Assembly (NCBI GenBank): GCA_963675245.1
Contig: OY775910.1
Coordinates: 1,344,001 to 1,408,000 of the forward strand
Source: Acholeplasmataceae bacterium
Lineage (GTDB): Bacteria; Bacillota_I; Bacilli_A; Acholeplasmatales; Acholeplasmataceae
Reading direction: 5' to 3'
Length of the DNA stretch: 64,000 bases
The notes beneath the pieces are model-generated. The model was not told where the DNA came from and ran no database searches. It saw nothing but the letters and a program-made list of their open reading frames with translations. A program made the position numbers and the translations under genes. Below are positions 1-9,832 of this stretch, piece after piece. Within the stretch, counting starts at the first letter, position 1; every line of letters begins with the position of its first letter.

Positions 1-147
1 ACCTGAAATGATTGATGCTTATATTAAAGATTTATTTTAAGTGATAAGATAAAATGTTAATGAGACATTTTATCTTACTTTTTTGAATGTTTCATCTTAT
101 GTGCATAGACATTTTTGATGATAGATGATAGAATATTATCGCGTGTC

Positions 148-225
148 GCACCCGTAGCTCAGTTGGATTAGAGTGCAGCCCTCCGAAGGCTGAGGTCGCA
201 TGTTCAAATCATGTCGGGTGCACCA
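148..225 (+). tRNA. tRNA-Arg(CCG)
   Basis: GCACCCG/CGGGTGC acceptor stem, anticodon arm CAGCC-CT-CCG-AA-GGCTG, TTCAAAT T-loop, encoded CCA. Confidence 0.96.
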
Positions 226-230
226 TAGCA

Positions 231-321
231 GGAGGAATACTCAAGCGGTTGAAGAGGCGGGCTTGGAAAGCTCGTAGGTCGGTAACACGGCGCAGGGGTT
301 CAAATCCCCTTTCCTCCGCCA
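231..321 (+). tRNA. tRNA-Ser(GGA)
   Basis: GGAGGAA/TTCCTCC acceptor stem, CGGGC-TT-GGA-AA-GCTCG anticodon arm, long variable arm, encoded CCA. Confidence 0.96.
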
Positions 322-329
322 TTATGTAA

Positions 330-362
330 CTTAAACATAACCTTATAAAGTTATGTTTTTTT
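330..362 (+). terminator. Hairpin plus T-tract after the tRNAs; member of island repeat family A
   Basis: AAACATAAC...GTTATGTTT followed by T-run; near-identical copy at 8352-8386. Confidence 0.75.
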
Positions 363-424
363 ATTTATAATGACATGTTATAATGATTTTATAAGAAAAA
401 TTTATATGGTTGTAAGGGGGATAT

Positions 425-1717
425 ATGACATTAAAACAATTTAAGCATGACATGATTAGAGGACTTGGAACATGTATCATTGAATTGGAAAATTCTAATG
501 ATATAAGTCAATATAAATCTATTGTTCTTTTTGGATGTCTAAATACAATCAGCTACGAACATCAAATAGAAGGAACAAGAAGTCGATATATGTATGAACT
601 TATTAAATATTTCAATGATGATTCGTATTTTGAAAATTCAATAATTTGTAAGTTCAAGAAAAATCTAAAAAGCGTAACTTTGATAGTCACACTTATTGAA
701 AGACTAGCTTATTTTGCAGGCAATGGAAGTGATAAGGCTAAACAAATACTATATGAAAAATATGAATACTTGATTCACAAGAATAATATTACACACGATA
801 ATGGTATAGTTTTAGATTGGCTATGTGTTAATTTATTGCAAGTTTACGGATATAAATTTTTGAAATATCATATTGAAACAGTAAAACAAATGAAAAAATA
901 TATAGAGGAAGATCATTTAGGGTGGTTTTATTATAGTGCTATTCAAAGATACAAAGAAAAGGCTGGAAGTTTGTTGAAATCTATTCACCCACACTATGAC
1001 AATAAACCAGAGTTTACATTTGAGCAGAATGATTTTTCTTTTCAAAATATATTTAATCATTTAATGGATGAAAATTTCTTTATTAGATTCAATGCATTCT
1101 CATTTAGAGCAGATGAACTAGAAATAAAGAAAGCTATTAATTTTTTAATTGAAGATGGCAATGTAATAAAGAAAAAAAGATTATTAAGACTCTTATCAAG
1201 GAAACCTATTGACCACAACATTGGAAAAATAATAGAAATGATTGGTAAATATCCTGATAATTTGGATAAAATAATTTTGGAATATTGCAGTAATATTCCT
1301 AATAATAATTTTGTTAAAAGATTAGGCTATAGTTTACTTGAAGAACGTTCTACTCGTTCTTTTGGTTTGCAAATGATTATAAATAGCTATAAGTCGTCAG
1401 ACAAAGAGAGTGTTATATACTATACTAAAAAACTTAAAATTGATTATGATGATATAGAATATTGGTATGATACATTTTCTGCGTTGCTTAATCTTATTTA
1501 TTCAAAGAAAAAAGATGTACCTATAGAATTACTACAATACATATTTAATGAAACACTGAATTCATACCAAAGAGAATATGTAATTGATATTATGAAAAGG
1601 AAAAAAATACAAAACATGAATATCTTATATATTGCTAAATATGATTCAGATTATGATGTTGTAAAAAAAGCTAAGAAGTTAATTGAAAGAATTAAAAGTG
1701 AATCATCTGGTAAGTAA
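425..1717 (+). CDS. Hypothetical protein (430 aa, probably helical)
   Basis: Long ORF with AAGGGGG RBS and TGnTATAAT at 376-384; no recognised motif. Confidence 0.8.
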   Translation: MTLKQFKHDMIRGLGTCIIELENSNDISQYKSIVLFGCLNTISYEHQIEGTRSRYMYELIKYFNDDSYFENSIICKFKKNLKSVTLIVTLIERLAYFAGNGSDKAKQILYEKYEYLIHKNNITHDNGIVLDWLCVNLLQVYGYKFLKYHIETVKQMKKYIEEDHLGWFYYSAIQRYKEKAGSLLKSIHPHYDNKPEFTFEQNDFSFQNIFNHLMDENFFIRFNAFSFRADELEIKKAINFLIEDGNVIKKKRLLRLLSRKPIDHNIGKIIEMIGKYPDNLDKIILEYCSNIPNNNFVKRLGYSLLEERSTRSFGLQMIINSYKSSDKESVIYYTKKLKIDYDDIEYWYDTFSALLNLIYSKKKDVPIELLQYIFNETLNSYQREYVIDIMKRKKIQNMNILYIAKYDSDYDVVKKAKKLIERIKSESSGK

Positions 1718-1728
1718 CTTATAAAACT

Positions 1729-1802
1729 ATGTAACATTTTTGTTTTATTGAATGGCCTTATAAAAGGAGAAATTGCTTAAACATCTCACAAAGGTTATGT
1801 TT
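1729..1802 (+). repeat. Repeat family A, long copy 1
   Basis: Aligns by eye with 9357-9430 (ATGTAACATTTTT...GAAT.GCCTTA.AAA.G...TAAA...CAAAGGTTATGTTT). Confidence 0.8.
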
Positions 1803-2027
1803 AAGCAGACCTTTCCCCCGCCACCTGGAGGAAACCGGATTTGAATTAATATTAGTTTTTTATGATTTATAATTTATATAATATAGTTGATTTATTCTAT
1901 TAATGATGATAACTTCATAGCGTAAAATTTTCTTTGATGATGTTTAGTTTTATTTGACAAGAATTAGTATAAGTGATAGAATGCATACAATAGGATTTAA
2001 TAATAATCTATACAATAAGGGGGATTT

Positions 2028-3146
2028 ATGAAAAAAACAATTTTATTATTATCTTTTTTCTTTTTATGTTTAATGCTTACATAAAATGTATATGCTAGTG
2101 ATGTATATTTAGTTAACGATAATGGGATAAGTGTTTCTTATTTGGATTACGATATGTTCAAGTTATTCGGCTTATCAGATGATGAAATTAAAATTTTAGA
2201 CTTGGAAACATATAATAAATATGCCAATAGAAATATTATAGAGCAATCATATAATAGGATTAATATTGAAACAACTTATACTGTTGACAATGGTGAAATT
2301 GTCTCAAGGGTATACAAAAGAATGAATGAGATAGATTTTAAAGAAAAAGTACAAGTTCACAAAAATAAAATAAATAAAGATAAAAATTATGACAAAGATG
2401 ATATTATACTTTCGTCTGAGGTTAGTTCTTATTCGATTACTCCAATATTCGAAATTGAACCTCCTGGAGGCGGAGGCAGTAGTTCAAACATCGTGCGATC
2501 AATTTATGATTCAACTGATTATATGACATTTGATTCTTACAATATCTATTATTCAGACGCTGGAAGCAGTGGAGAAGTCTATATCAGAATTGAAATAGAT
2601 TGGGTTACAGAACCTAGTCAAAGATTTACTGATATATTAACAATTGGTTTTGAAGATGTCATGCTAAAAGAAGAATTTATTGGAGGACAATCTTATCCAG
2701 ATATTCATTCTTCGTTTACTTATGATCATGATTTGCATATAACTTATTTATATGGTCCACCTACAGTTACTTCATCATCATATAATATAACTTTTGATGG
2801 AAGTGATTATTCAGAATATATATATGATCATAATGATGAACATTATGTTGGTGTTGAATATGAATTACCAAAGGACCAATTTAGTGTTATTGGATATATA
2901 TATGATTCTAAATATTCAAATTTTCATATGCAACTGGAAATGAATTTCACAAGAACTAATTCTGATACAACTGGATTAACTTTTTCTGAATTTTATGCTC
3001 ATCAATCAGGTAGTGGATCAATAGATTGGGGGAAAATTTCCTTGACTTCAACTCCAGCGTTCATTAATTATGAAACTTCTCTTTTTGTAAATGATCCTAA
3101 TTTTGATGATGCAGTCGGTGGATTTGCAATTTTTCAGAATATTTGA
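2028..3146 (+). pseudogene. Secreted protein gene with in-frame TAA in its signal peptide
   Basis: AAGGGGG RBS and ATG at 2028 in frame with ORF 2142-3146; reads MKKTILLLSFFFLCLMLT*NVYA-SD with TAA at 2082-2084. Confidence 0.75.
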
Positions 3147-3152
3147 TAGCGG

Positions 3153-3353
3153 GTGCTAAAAATGAGTAAAAGAAATATAAAATTAATCTTTATAACTTCT
3201 TCCATGTTATCATTTATCGCTATGATAACATTAACAATAGTAGCGCTTATCGATTGGCAAGCAGTCGATATTGTTTCTGGTCTGTTTGTTCATGTAACTA
3301 TAGTAGCTATATTTATTGTAAGCACAATTGGTTATATAATTATTGATAGATGA
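3153..3353 (+). CDS. Small two-TM membrane protein
   Basis: Two hydrophobic segments; directly follows the secreted-protein gene; start may be ATG 3162. Confidence 0.65.
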   Translation: MLKMSKRNIKLIFITSSMLSFIAMITLTIVALIDWQAVDIVSGLFVHVTIVAIFIVSTIGYIIIDR

Positions 3354-3570
3354 TATAAATTGTGATTAATGCTATAGAATATTATTGTGAAGATTAAGTG
3401 AATTTCAATCATAGTGCATCAACTTCTAAGTTGGTGCATTTTTTTTGGATATTTTTTTGCATCATATAGGACATTGTAGTTAGTGTTTAGTAGAAAATTA
3501 TGTTTGATAGCAAATGATACCGATGAAAAAATACTAATAAAACAGAGGGGATTATTACATTTTTCCATGC

Positions 3571-3653
3571 AAAAAAAGCAACTCAGCCCGAAAAAAAGCA
3601 AAACTCCGTCGAACACGAACGATTTTAGAGTAAAACTCCGTAATGACAAGACA
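3571..3653 (+). repeat. Repeat family B copy 1 (transposon-end-like, ends in ACA)
   Basis: 3626-3653 identical over 28 nt to 6078-6105; internal AAAACTCCGT direct repeats. Confidence 0.8.
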
Positions 3654-3964
3654 CGATTATTATAGAAATCGCAAAAAAATTGCTTTTAACAGCTTAATAT
3701 AGCCATTAATAGCGTTTATATTTGCGATTTTTTTGTTAAATGATTATGAGTTTTTGATTATAATACATGGTTCCTTAAGAGATAATCTGCAAATAAAATA
3801 ATTCACTTTGTAAGTTACTACTTAAATTTAAATATTTAGAGATTGATATAGGATAACATAATTTAGAGTGAATTGACTTGGATTATGTATTATGCTATAA
3901 TCAACTCAATTGATAGAGAACTATTGAATCATATTCTCTAAATACGTTAAGGGGGAAACAAACA

Positions 3965-5185
3965 ATGAAATCCATAAAGCGCAGCATTTTGTTATTTGTT
4001 CTATTTTTTGGTCTTTTTGTTAGTGTATTTGCAATTAGTACTACGCCAGTTCAGGCAGAATCTAATGTGGTAAATTCGACAGAAGTAATTGTATCATATG
4101 AAGATGTATTTCAATCTTATTACGATACAGTAATCTTAGAGGCTAAATTAGCATTTAAAGATACAAATCTATCCTTTGAAGAGTTTTGTGATAAGTATTA
4201 TTATTTTGATATGGATATAAAAACATATACTGAAGCAGTTATAGATGCTTATGTATATGGTGAATATTCTGATATTCCAATTGCTAAATCATCTTCATCA
4301 TCATCTTCAGAAACAGCCGATTATATTTTAGATAATGGTATATTTGAACGTGAACCAATTTACAATTATTTTGATTACTCTGTAATTGAAATTGGGGATA
4401 TTATTTATGAAACGGATACTATATTTTTTGATTCTGGTCATATAGCGATGATAACAGATTATGCCTATGATAGTACATATGGATCCTACTATCGTACTGT
4501 AGAAGCAGTTGAACCAACTGTGTCAAATGGTTTTTTAGATGATACAAGAATGATTGATTATAGAGTTAAAATATTAAGAGTTGTTGGTGCAAGCACAGCA
4601 CAAATTAATGTAGTTAGATATTTTATGAATTATCAGATTGGTAAATCATATAGTTTAAATCCAATAAGGTTAAATACAAACATAAATTCTAGTGAGTGGT
4701 ATTGCTCTGAACTTGTATATGCAGCTTATAAATATGCTAATATTGATATTGGTGTTAAAAAGAACAGTAGTGGTAATGATGTGTATTTAGTATTAGGGTG
4801 TTTACCAGTTGATATTTACAACAGTTATAATACAAGTGAAGTTACAATACCAAGTTTTTTCCTTGAAATGGAGAATATGGGAAAATCAGGCAGTTATTGG
4901 TTAATCAAAATTACAAATTTATCAAGCTCGTATATTAGCTTTCAATATAACAGTAAAATGTGTTTTGCAAATGATGCCGAAAATTGGAGCGGACTAAACG
5001 ACTTAGTTACGAGATCTTTATATCCGAATACTTCTGTAACTGTAAGTATTCGCGAAAATTGGTTTGCTACAACAGTTGTAGCCGGTTGGCTTGATAGTGA
5101 AGACATGAGATTTATTACTTATGGCAACCAGCTTACCACTAGTGGAGGTATCGTTGTTACGAATGTTAAGAAAGATGAGAGTTAA
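3965..5185 (+). CDS. Secreted permuted papain-like NlpC/P60 protein (YycO/YiiX-like) with C-terminal beta-rich domain
   Basis: Signal peptide ending VQA; GDIIY..GHIAM precedes WYCSELVYAAY (His-before-Cys permuted order). Confidence 0.8.
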   Translation: MKSIKRSILLFVLFFGLFVSVFAISTTPVQAESNVVNSTEVIVSYEDVFQSYYDTVILEAKLAFKDTNLSFEEFCDKYYYFDMDIKTYTEAVIDAYVYGEYSDIPIAKSSSSSSSETADYILDNGIFEREPIYNYFDYSVIEIGDIIYETDTIFFDSGHIAMITDYAYDSTYGSYYRTVEAVEPTVSNGFLDDTRMIDYRVKILRVVGASTAQINVVRYFMNYQIGKSYSLNPIRLNTNINSSEWYCSELVYAAYKYANIDIGVKKNSSGNDVYLVLGCLPVDIYNSYNTSEVTIPSFFLEMENMGKSGSYWLIKITNLSSSYISFQYNSKMCFANDAENWSGLNDLVTRSLYPNTSVTVSIRENWFATTVVAGWLDSEDMRFITYGNQLTTSGGIVVTNVKKDES

Positions 5186-5197
5186 AATGTCTCTTCT

Positions 5198-5983
5198 ATG
5201 TTTCTGGTGGTCATTGTGAAAGCACATAAATATCTAATATTTTCATTAAGTAGTTTTTTAATTACATCAATCTATTTATCACTTATATATGTTTTGGGTA
5301 CATTAAATTCATATTATGGAACATCATTTCCATTGTGGATATTTTTCGGTTTATCAGCATTTGAGATTATTGTATATTTAGCAATCAACAATAAAAAATG
5401 GTTATTGTTGAGCATTATTACAATTTTAAAAGGAACTAGTTATACATTAGTTATGTCTGTGTTTTTGTTTAGAGGAAGCAGTGTACTAGGTACACCTGAA
5501 CTGATATTTTTAATCATTGGTATACTATTAGTGTTGATTACAGTTTATATAGAATATTTTGGTATATCTCGGAAACTAAATTCTCGTTCTAATGAAATTA
5601 TTAGATCAGGTATATTCAAACAGAAAAGATTGTTGATTTTACATATTGTTTATTTAATCATTATCATGCTATCTATTATCAATGATAGTTTTACTTTTGA
5701 AGGTTTTGTCTTATCAGGTGGAATTTTTATTGGAGCTTTATTTATCAGCATAACTTTGACTCAGTATATTATTTCAAAAAACAAAGGGAAAAAATCATCA
5801 TTAACTATATTGACTATACTAAAATTTTTAACAATATTATTTGTTATGATCGGATTAATGATGTATGTCAATATTTCATTTTATCATCCATATACTGCTA
5901 TAGTTAACTTGTTATTACATTTGGTAGCTTTAGTGAATTTTAGTTTCGAAATGTACCTATTAAATCATCAACCACTAACATAA
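5198..5983 (+). CDS. Polytopic membrane protein, unknown function
   Basis: About 8 hydrophobic segments; start may be GTG 5216. Confidence 0.75.
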   Translation: MFLVVIVKAHKYLIFSLSSFLITSIYLSLIYVLGTLNSYYGTSFPLWIFFGLSAFEIIVYLAINNKKWLLLSIITILKGTSYTLVMSVFLFRGSSVLGTPELIFLIIGILLVLITVYIEYFGISRKLNSRSNEIIRSGIFKQKRLLILHIVYLIIIMLSIINDSFTFEGFVLSGGIFIGALFISITLTQYIISKNKGKKSSLTILTILKFLTILFVMIGLMMYVNISFYHPYTAIVNLLLHLVALVNFSFEMYLLNHQPLT

Positions 5984-6031
5984 ATATAGAATCAATAAAA
6001 TAATTTTGTATAGTTCAAAGAGCAAGATACT

Positions 6032-6105
6032 AAAAAAAAGCAAGTCCATCAGAAAAAAAGTAAAACTCCGTTGGAAATAGAGTAAAACTCCGTAATGACA
6101 AGACA
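6032..6105 (+). repeat. Repeat family B copy 2
   Basis: Same orientation as 3571-3653; AAAACTCCGT at 6062-6071 and 6084-6093. Confidence 0.8.
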
Positions 6106-6409
6106 TTAAACGAGCATTGGTCTGATACGATAAGTATTGGACCTTTTTATTTTGAAGATAGAGGATTTTCCCCTATTTTCAAAATATAGATAGTCAAGTA
6201 TAAGTCAAAAATCTAACTATTTCTTCACATTCATTTAATTCTACATTTAATGGGTCACACAATTACTTAACAAGCTACACGATAGCCTAACCTTTTACAC
6301 GGTTATAACAAGTATACTTTTTGAGACTATATAGTGTATAATTATGATAATGATTGTTCAGTATGAAACCGTTACACGCATCAGTTTAAATAATTATGGG
6401 GAGGAGCCA

Positions 6410-7075
6410 ATGAGACGATTCAAATACCCATTTTCAAAGCACATTGACAAAAAGTTGCTTAGAAAAAGAATTGATTTACTAGATAATTCAGCACGAGAAA
6501 GATATATTGCCAATAGACGGTTTCGCCTAATTTTTGGAACCCTATTTTGGATTTTGTTCGTTTTTTTTCTGGGTATTATGATTGTTCTTGAGCAAAATAT
6601 AAAACCAGTGATTGGAAAGACCTTATATACGATTTTGGTTATTTTCGTCAGCTTAATTTTACCGGCATTGTTATTATTATTTCCATATCGAAAACTCGAG
6701 AAAAATTATCCACCTCAGTCTTTAGAAACATTTCCAAAAGATATTATTGCTATCATTAATATAAAGCTATTGAAATACTATAAAATTCCGGAAAACTATA
6801 TTGTTACCAAATGTTATGATTCTTCAAATCAGCTTCTTGTTGATAAGGATGTGTTGCTTTTTTTTCACATAGACAAATTAAGGATGGTTAATGATTTTAC
6901 ATCGACAATTAAGGACTTCGGTTGTTTTGAATTTGGACTGGATGAGATTAAAGTGTCTTATGGAAAAAAAGAGGATATCGTTACAACTGAGATAAATGCA
7001 GAGAAGTTTTATATTTCATTAGGAAAAAGAGCAAAATCATTTATTTCAAGTAGAGGAAGAAATGAGAATGTTTAG
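6410..7075 (+). CDS. Hypothetical two-TM membrane protein
   Basis: ORF 6344-7075; GGAGGAG RBS favours ATG 6410. Confidence 0.7.
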   Translation: MRRFKYPFSKHIDKKLLRKRIDLLDNSARERYIANRRFRLIFGTLFWILFVFFLGIMIVLEQNIKPVIGKTLYTILVIFVSLILPALLLLFPYRKLEKNYPPQSLETFPKDIIAIINIKLLKYYKIPENYIVTKCYDSSNQLLVDKDVLLFFHIDKLRMVNDFTSTIKDFGCFEFGLDEIKVSYGKKEDIVTTEINAEKFYISLGKRAKSFISSRGRNENV

Positions 7076-7475
7076 GCTTTTTAAGAAAAAGAACAATGAA
7101 GAAGAACTTGCAAAAGCTCGAGAAAACCATAGAACACATTTTAGAGAAAGGCTACAGGTTAACAAAGATAAAAACACAACTTTTGAAGCGATGTACATTT
7201 TATTTAATGCTCTGGATATTGAAATTGTTGAATTAATAAAAAGGTACAACCTCTATATTGATTTTGATTTTGTTGATGAAGATCAATATTATGAGGTAAT
7301 GGTACAAAACATTAATGGTGGGAAAAAAGGTATGTATACTACTGTTGGTACAGAACAAGGTAAGAATATAATGACTCTTGATAGTATAGGAGATACGATA
7401 TCGACAGATGGATTATCTTCAGAAGATATTATGTCTAGAGTGATTGATGAAATAAAAACTTTTCACGGGAAATAA
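7062..7475 (+). CDS. Hypothetical protein
   Basis: 137-aa ORF with AGAGGA RBS, overlaps previous stop. Confidence 0.7.
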   Translation: MRMFRLFKKKNNEEELAKARENHRTHFRERLQVNKDKNTTFEAMYILFNALDIEIVELIKRYNLYIDFDFVDEDQYYEVMVQNINGGKKGMYTTVGTEQGKNIMTLDSIGDTISTDGLSSEDIMSRVIDEIKTFHGK

Positions 7476-7500
7476 ATACCCATAGGAGGATACCTACAAC

Positions 7501-8226
7501 ATGATTTGGATTGATAAGAAAGCGTTTAAAGAAACCTAATCAATACTTAAGCAGAAAACTAGTATGAAGCCTATCTTCGCTGATCTAAAACGATTTATTG
7601 AAAATATGTATTCGATTATTGTTCTTAACATAGTTTATGAGAAAATTAAATTCAAATCCAATAAGAATTCATATATATATGGAAAGAAGTATAGGTTGAT
7701 CTGCTATGTATCCTCTTATACCGAAAGAGAAAAGATGCAGAATAGAGTTGATGTTCAATTAGATAACTTTCCAAATGCGCATAAAATGGTTAATGATAAA
7801 GATATACAGAATACAATTTTAGATGAATTTTTTCAATTGTCAAAGAAATACAATTTTAAAATAAATGTTAGGAAGGAAGACATTTGGGTTGATTATTTCT
7901 ATTGGTTTTCTACACAATACATGAGTCTTATTGTAAGTAAAGTACAAAAGAAACTAATAGAAGATGTGCTTTCCAAATACAAAATTAAAGCAAATATATG
8001 GGGTATACATACAGGAACTTTTGGCATTGTTATATTCTATGATACAGATTCCAGTAAACTTATTAGCCAGCAAAATGGTATTTCAGAAGAGATTAAAAAC
8101 GAGATTTATTTAGGAGTAAAGCAACTAGATGAATTTAATTTTTATAAAGAAGAGTACATAAGTTTTGACTCAAAAGAAAATCTAGATAAAAATTATCAAG
8201 GAAGTCTATATTACTATTTTAAATAG
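7501..8226 (+). pseudogene. Hypothetical protein gene with early in-frame TAA
   Basis: AGGAGGA RBS (7484-7490) and ATG 7501 in frame with ORF 7564-8226; TAA at 7537-7539. Confidence 0.65.
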
Positions 8227-8235
8227 TAAAATTCG

Positions 8236-8330
8236 CTATTTTGATACAAGAAATTACTACATGAAAACCACAAAAAATAAAATGACTAAGTTAAGCCATA
8301 ATTTAGGGGTGCTAATTTGTATCAAAATAG
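8236..8330. repeat. 14-bp perfect inverted repeat bounding a 95-bp intergenic segment
   Basis: CTATTTTGATACAA (8236-8249) and TTGTATCAAAATAG (8317-8330). Confidence 0.75.
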
Positions 8331-8463
8331 GTAATGCAACCCATACTGTCTCTTAAACATAACCTCAAAAAGTTATGTTTTTTTTTGTATATTTTATTAT
8401 GATATAATAGAAATAAAGAATAACGATTAAAACTTTAATAGAATGCTTTGGGGGGGTATACTC

Positions 8464-8853
8464 ATGTCAATAATATTTAAGGATTATAATGAGATGAAGA
8501 AGCATAATACTGTTTTTATAGAAATTCAATATTGTAAACTTAGAGCTTCCAAAAGTATAAAAAAGAAAGTTGCTGTGAGAAATATGAAGTATCGTTTGTT
8601 AGATTCACTTTATATTCATAGTTCAGATATTGAGAAATTTTACGATGAATATGGAGAAATATTTGTTGATGGTACATACAATAATCAAAAGACTGGATTT
8701 ATTGATCCGTATGGAATTAACTATTTCCAGAAAAATCAAATAAATGATTTTATTAATCATATGTTGGAATCCAAACCTACTGATTACAAAATTATGATTG
8801 AATGGTTGAAACAAGCATTAGAATTTAATGGATTCTATATTCTGGGAATCTAA
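8464..8853 (+). CDS. Hypothetical protein
   Basis: ORF 8443-8853; G-run RBS favours ATG 8464; TGnTATAAT at 8400-8408. Confidence 0.7.
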   Translation: MSIIFKDYNEMKKHNTVFIEIQYCKLRASKSIKKKVAVRNMKYRLLDSLYIHSSDIEKFYDEYGEIFVDGTYNNQKTGFIDPYGINYFQKNQINDFINHMLESKPTDYKIMIEWLKQALEFNGFYILGI

Positions 8854-8946
8854 CTCAAAACTTCAAATTGTTATCATGAATGGTTCATCGAAATCCTTTG
8901 ATTGTTATGATTATTTCTGTTTGACAATACGGAGGTATATGTAAAA

Positions 8947-9258
8947 ATGACATATGAAGAATTTATTAAAGGAATAAATAATCGAACTAGAATCAAACAA
9001 ATAAACTTTTATATAAAGAATTATCACCATTATAAAAATTGTAGTATTGGTAGATATATAGATAACGTTAAAACAGTACAAAAAAAAATTAATGGAAGGA
9101 TAACCTGTATTCTAACTGAAGATCATTCAGAAGATGTATCTTTTTACGGTGATTTTAGTGAAAATTATAAATTGTTTGATTTAGGTTCAAAAGGAAAATA
9201 TACATTGAAAGACATTTGGAACAATATCGTAATTACCAAAATTGAATTCTTTAAATAG
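8947..9258 (+). CDS. Hypothetical protein
   Basis: 103-aa ORF with GGAGGT RBS. Confidence 0.7.
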   Translation: MTYEEFIKGINNRTRIKQINFYIKNYHHYKNCSIGRYIDNVKTVQKKINGRITCILTEDHSEDVSFYGDFSENYKLFDLGSKGKYTLKDIWNNIVITKIEFFK

Positions 9259-9356
9259 TTAATTAGATGTTCTTTAAATTTCAATTTGCTGTTTTTAATT
9301 ATTTTTAGCTCATTAGAAAAAGATTATGTTAAATTAATCAGATTATATTTTCAATC

Positions 9357-9430
9357 ATGTAACATTTTTTGTTTCATGAATTGCCTTACAAAGGGGTAAA
9401 GTATCTAAATACCTCTCAAAGGTTATGTTT
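9357..9430 (+). repeat. Repeat family A, long copy 2
   Basis: Similar to 1729-1802; followed by TGnTATAAT at 9448-9456. Confidence 0.8.
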
Positions 9431-9631
9431 TTTTTATTAAATGAACATGATATAATGAAGAAAATGATCTATAGGAGTACCATCTTGATTAATATTATAT
9501 ATGATGTTGATGTTACAAAATTAAAATATTTACTTCCAAAACAATATGATAATTTGAAAATATACTATTCATAGTATGTCATGTAAAATCCTTACTATAA
9601 GGACAAATATGACAAGATGGGATGGAGAAAA

Positions 9632-9832
9632 ATGAAAGATTTGATACTGTACATGGTAAATGAAGTCAAAGACATTCTGAAAATAACGCAGCGAACGCTG
9701 TACAATTACATTAAGAGTGGTGACTTAAAAGCCGTAAAAATCGGCAAATATTGGCGAGTAAAAAAATCCGACTTGGAAGAATTTATTGAATTTGGTACCA
9801 ACAAATCACACGACATTAACTCTTCAAAATAG
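9632..9832 (+). CDS. Excisionase-family (HTH_17-like) DNA-binding protein
   Basis: EVKDILKITQRTLYNYIKSGDLKAVKIGKYWRV pattern; GGAG RBS before ATG 9632. Confidence 0.85.
   Translation: MKDLILYMVNEVKDILKITQRTLYNYIKSGDLKAVKIGKYWRVKKSDLEEFIEFGTNKSHDINSSK

Noticed and set aside
3419..3665. Overlapping short ORFs 3419-3649(-) and 3483-3665(+)
   Set aside because: Cover repeat family B, no RBS, no protein-like features
2082..7539. TAA read-through or an alternative genetic code
   Set aside because: TAA, TAG and TGA all terminate conserved housekeeping genes in this window; both cases lie in a decaying island
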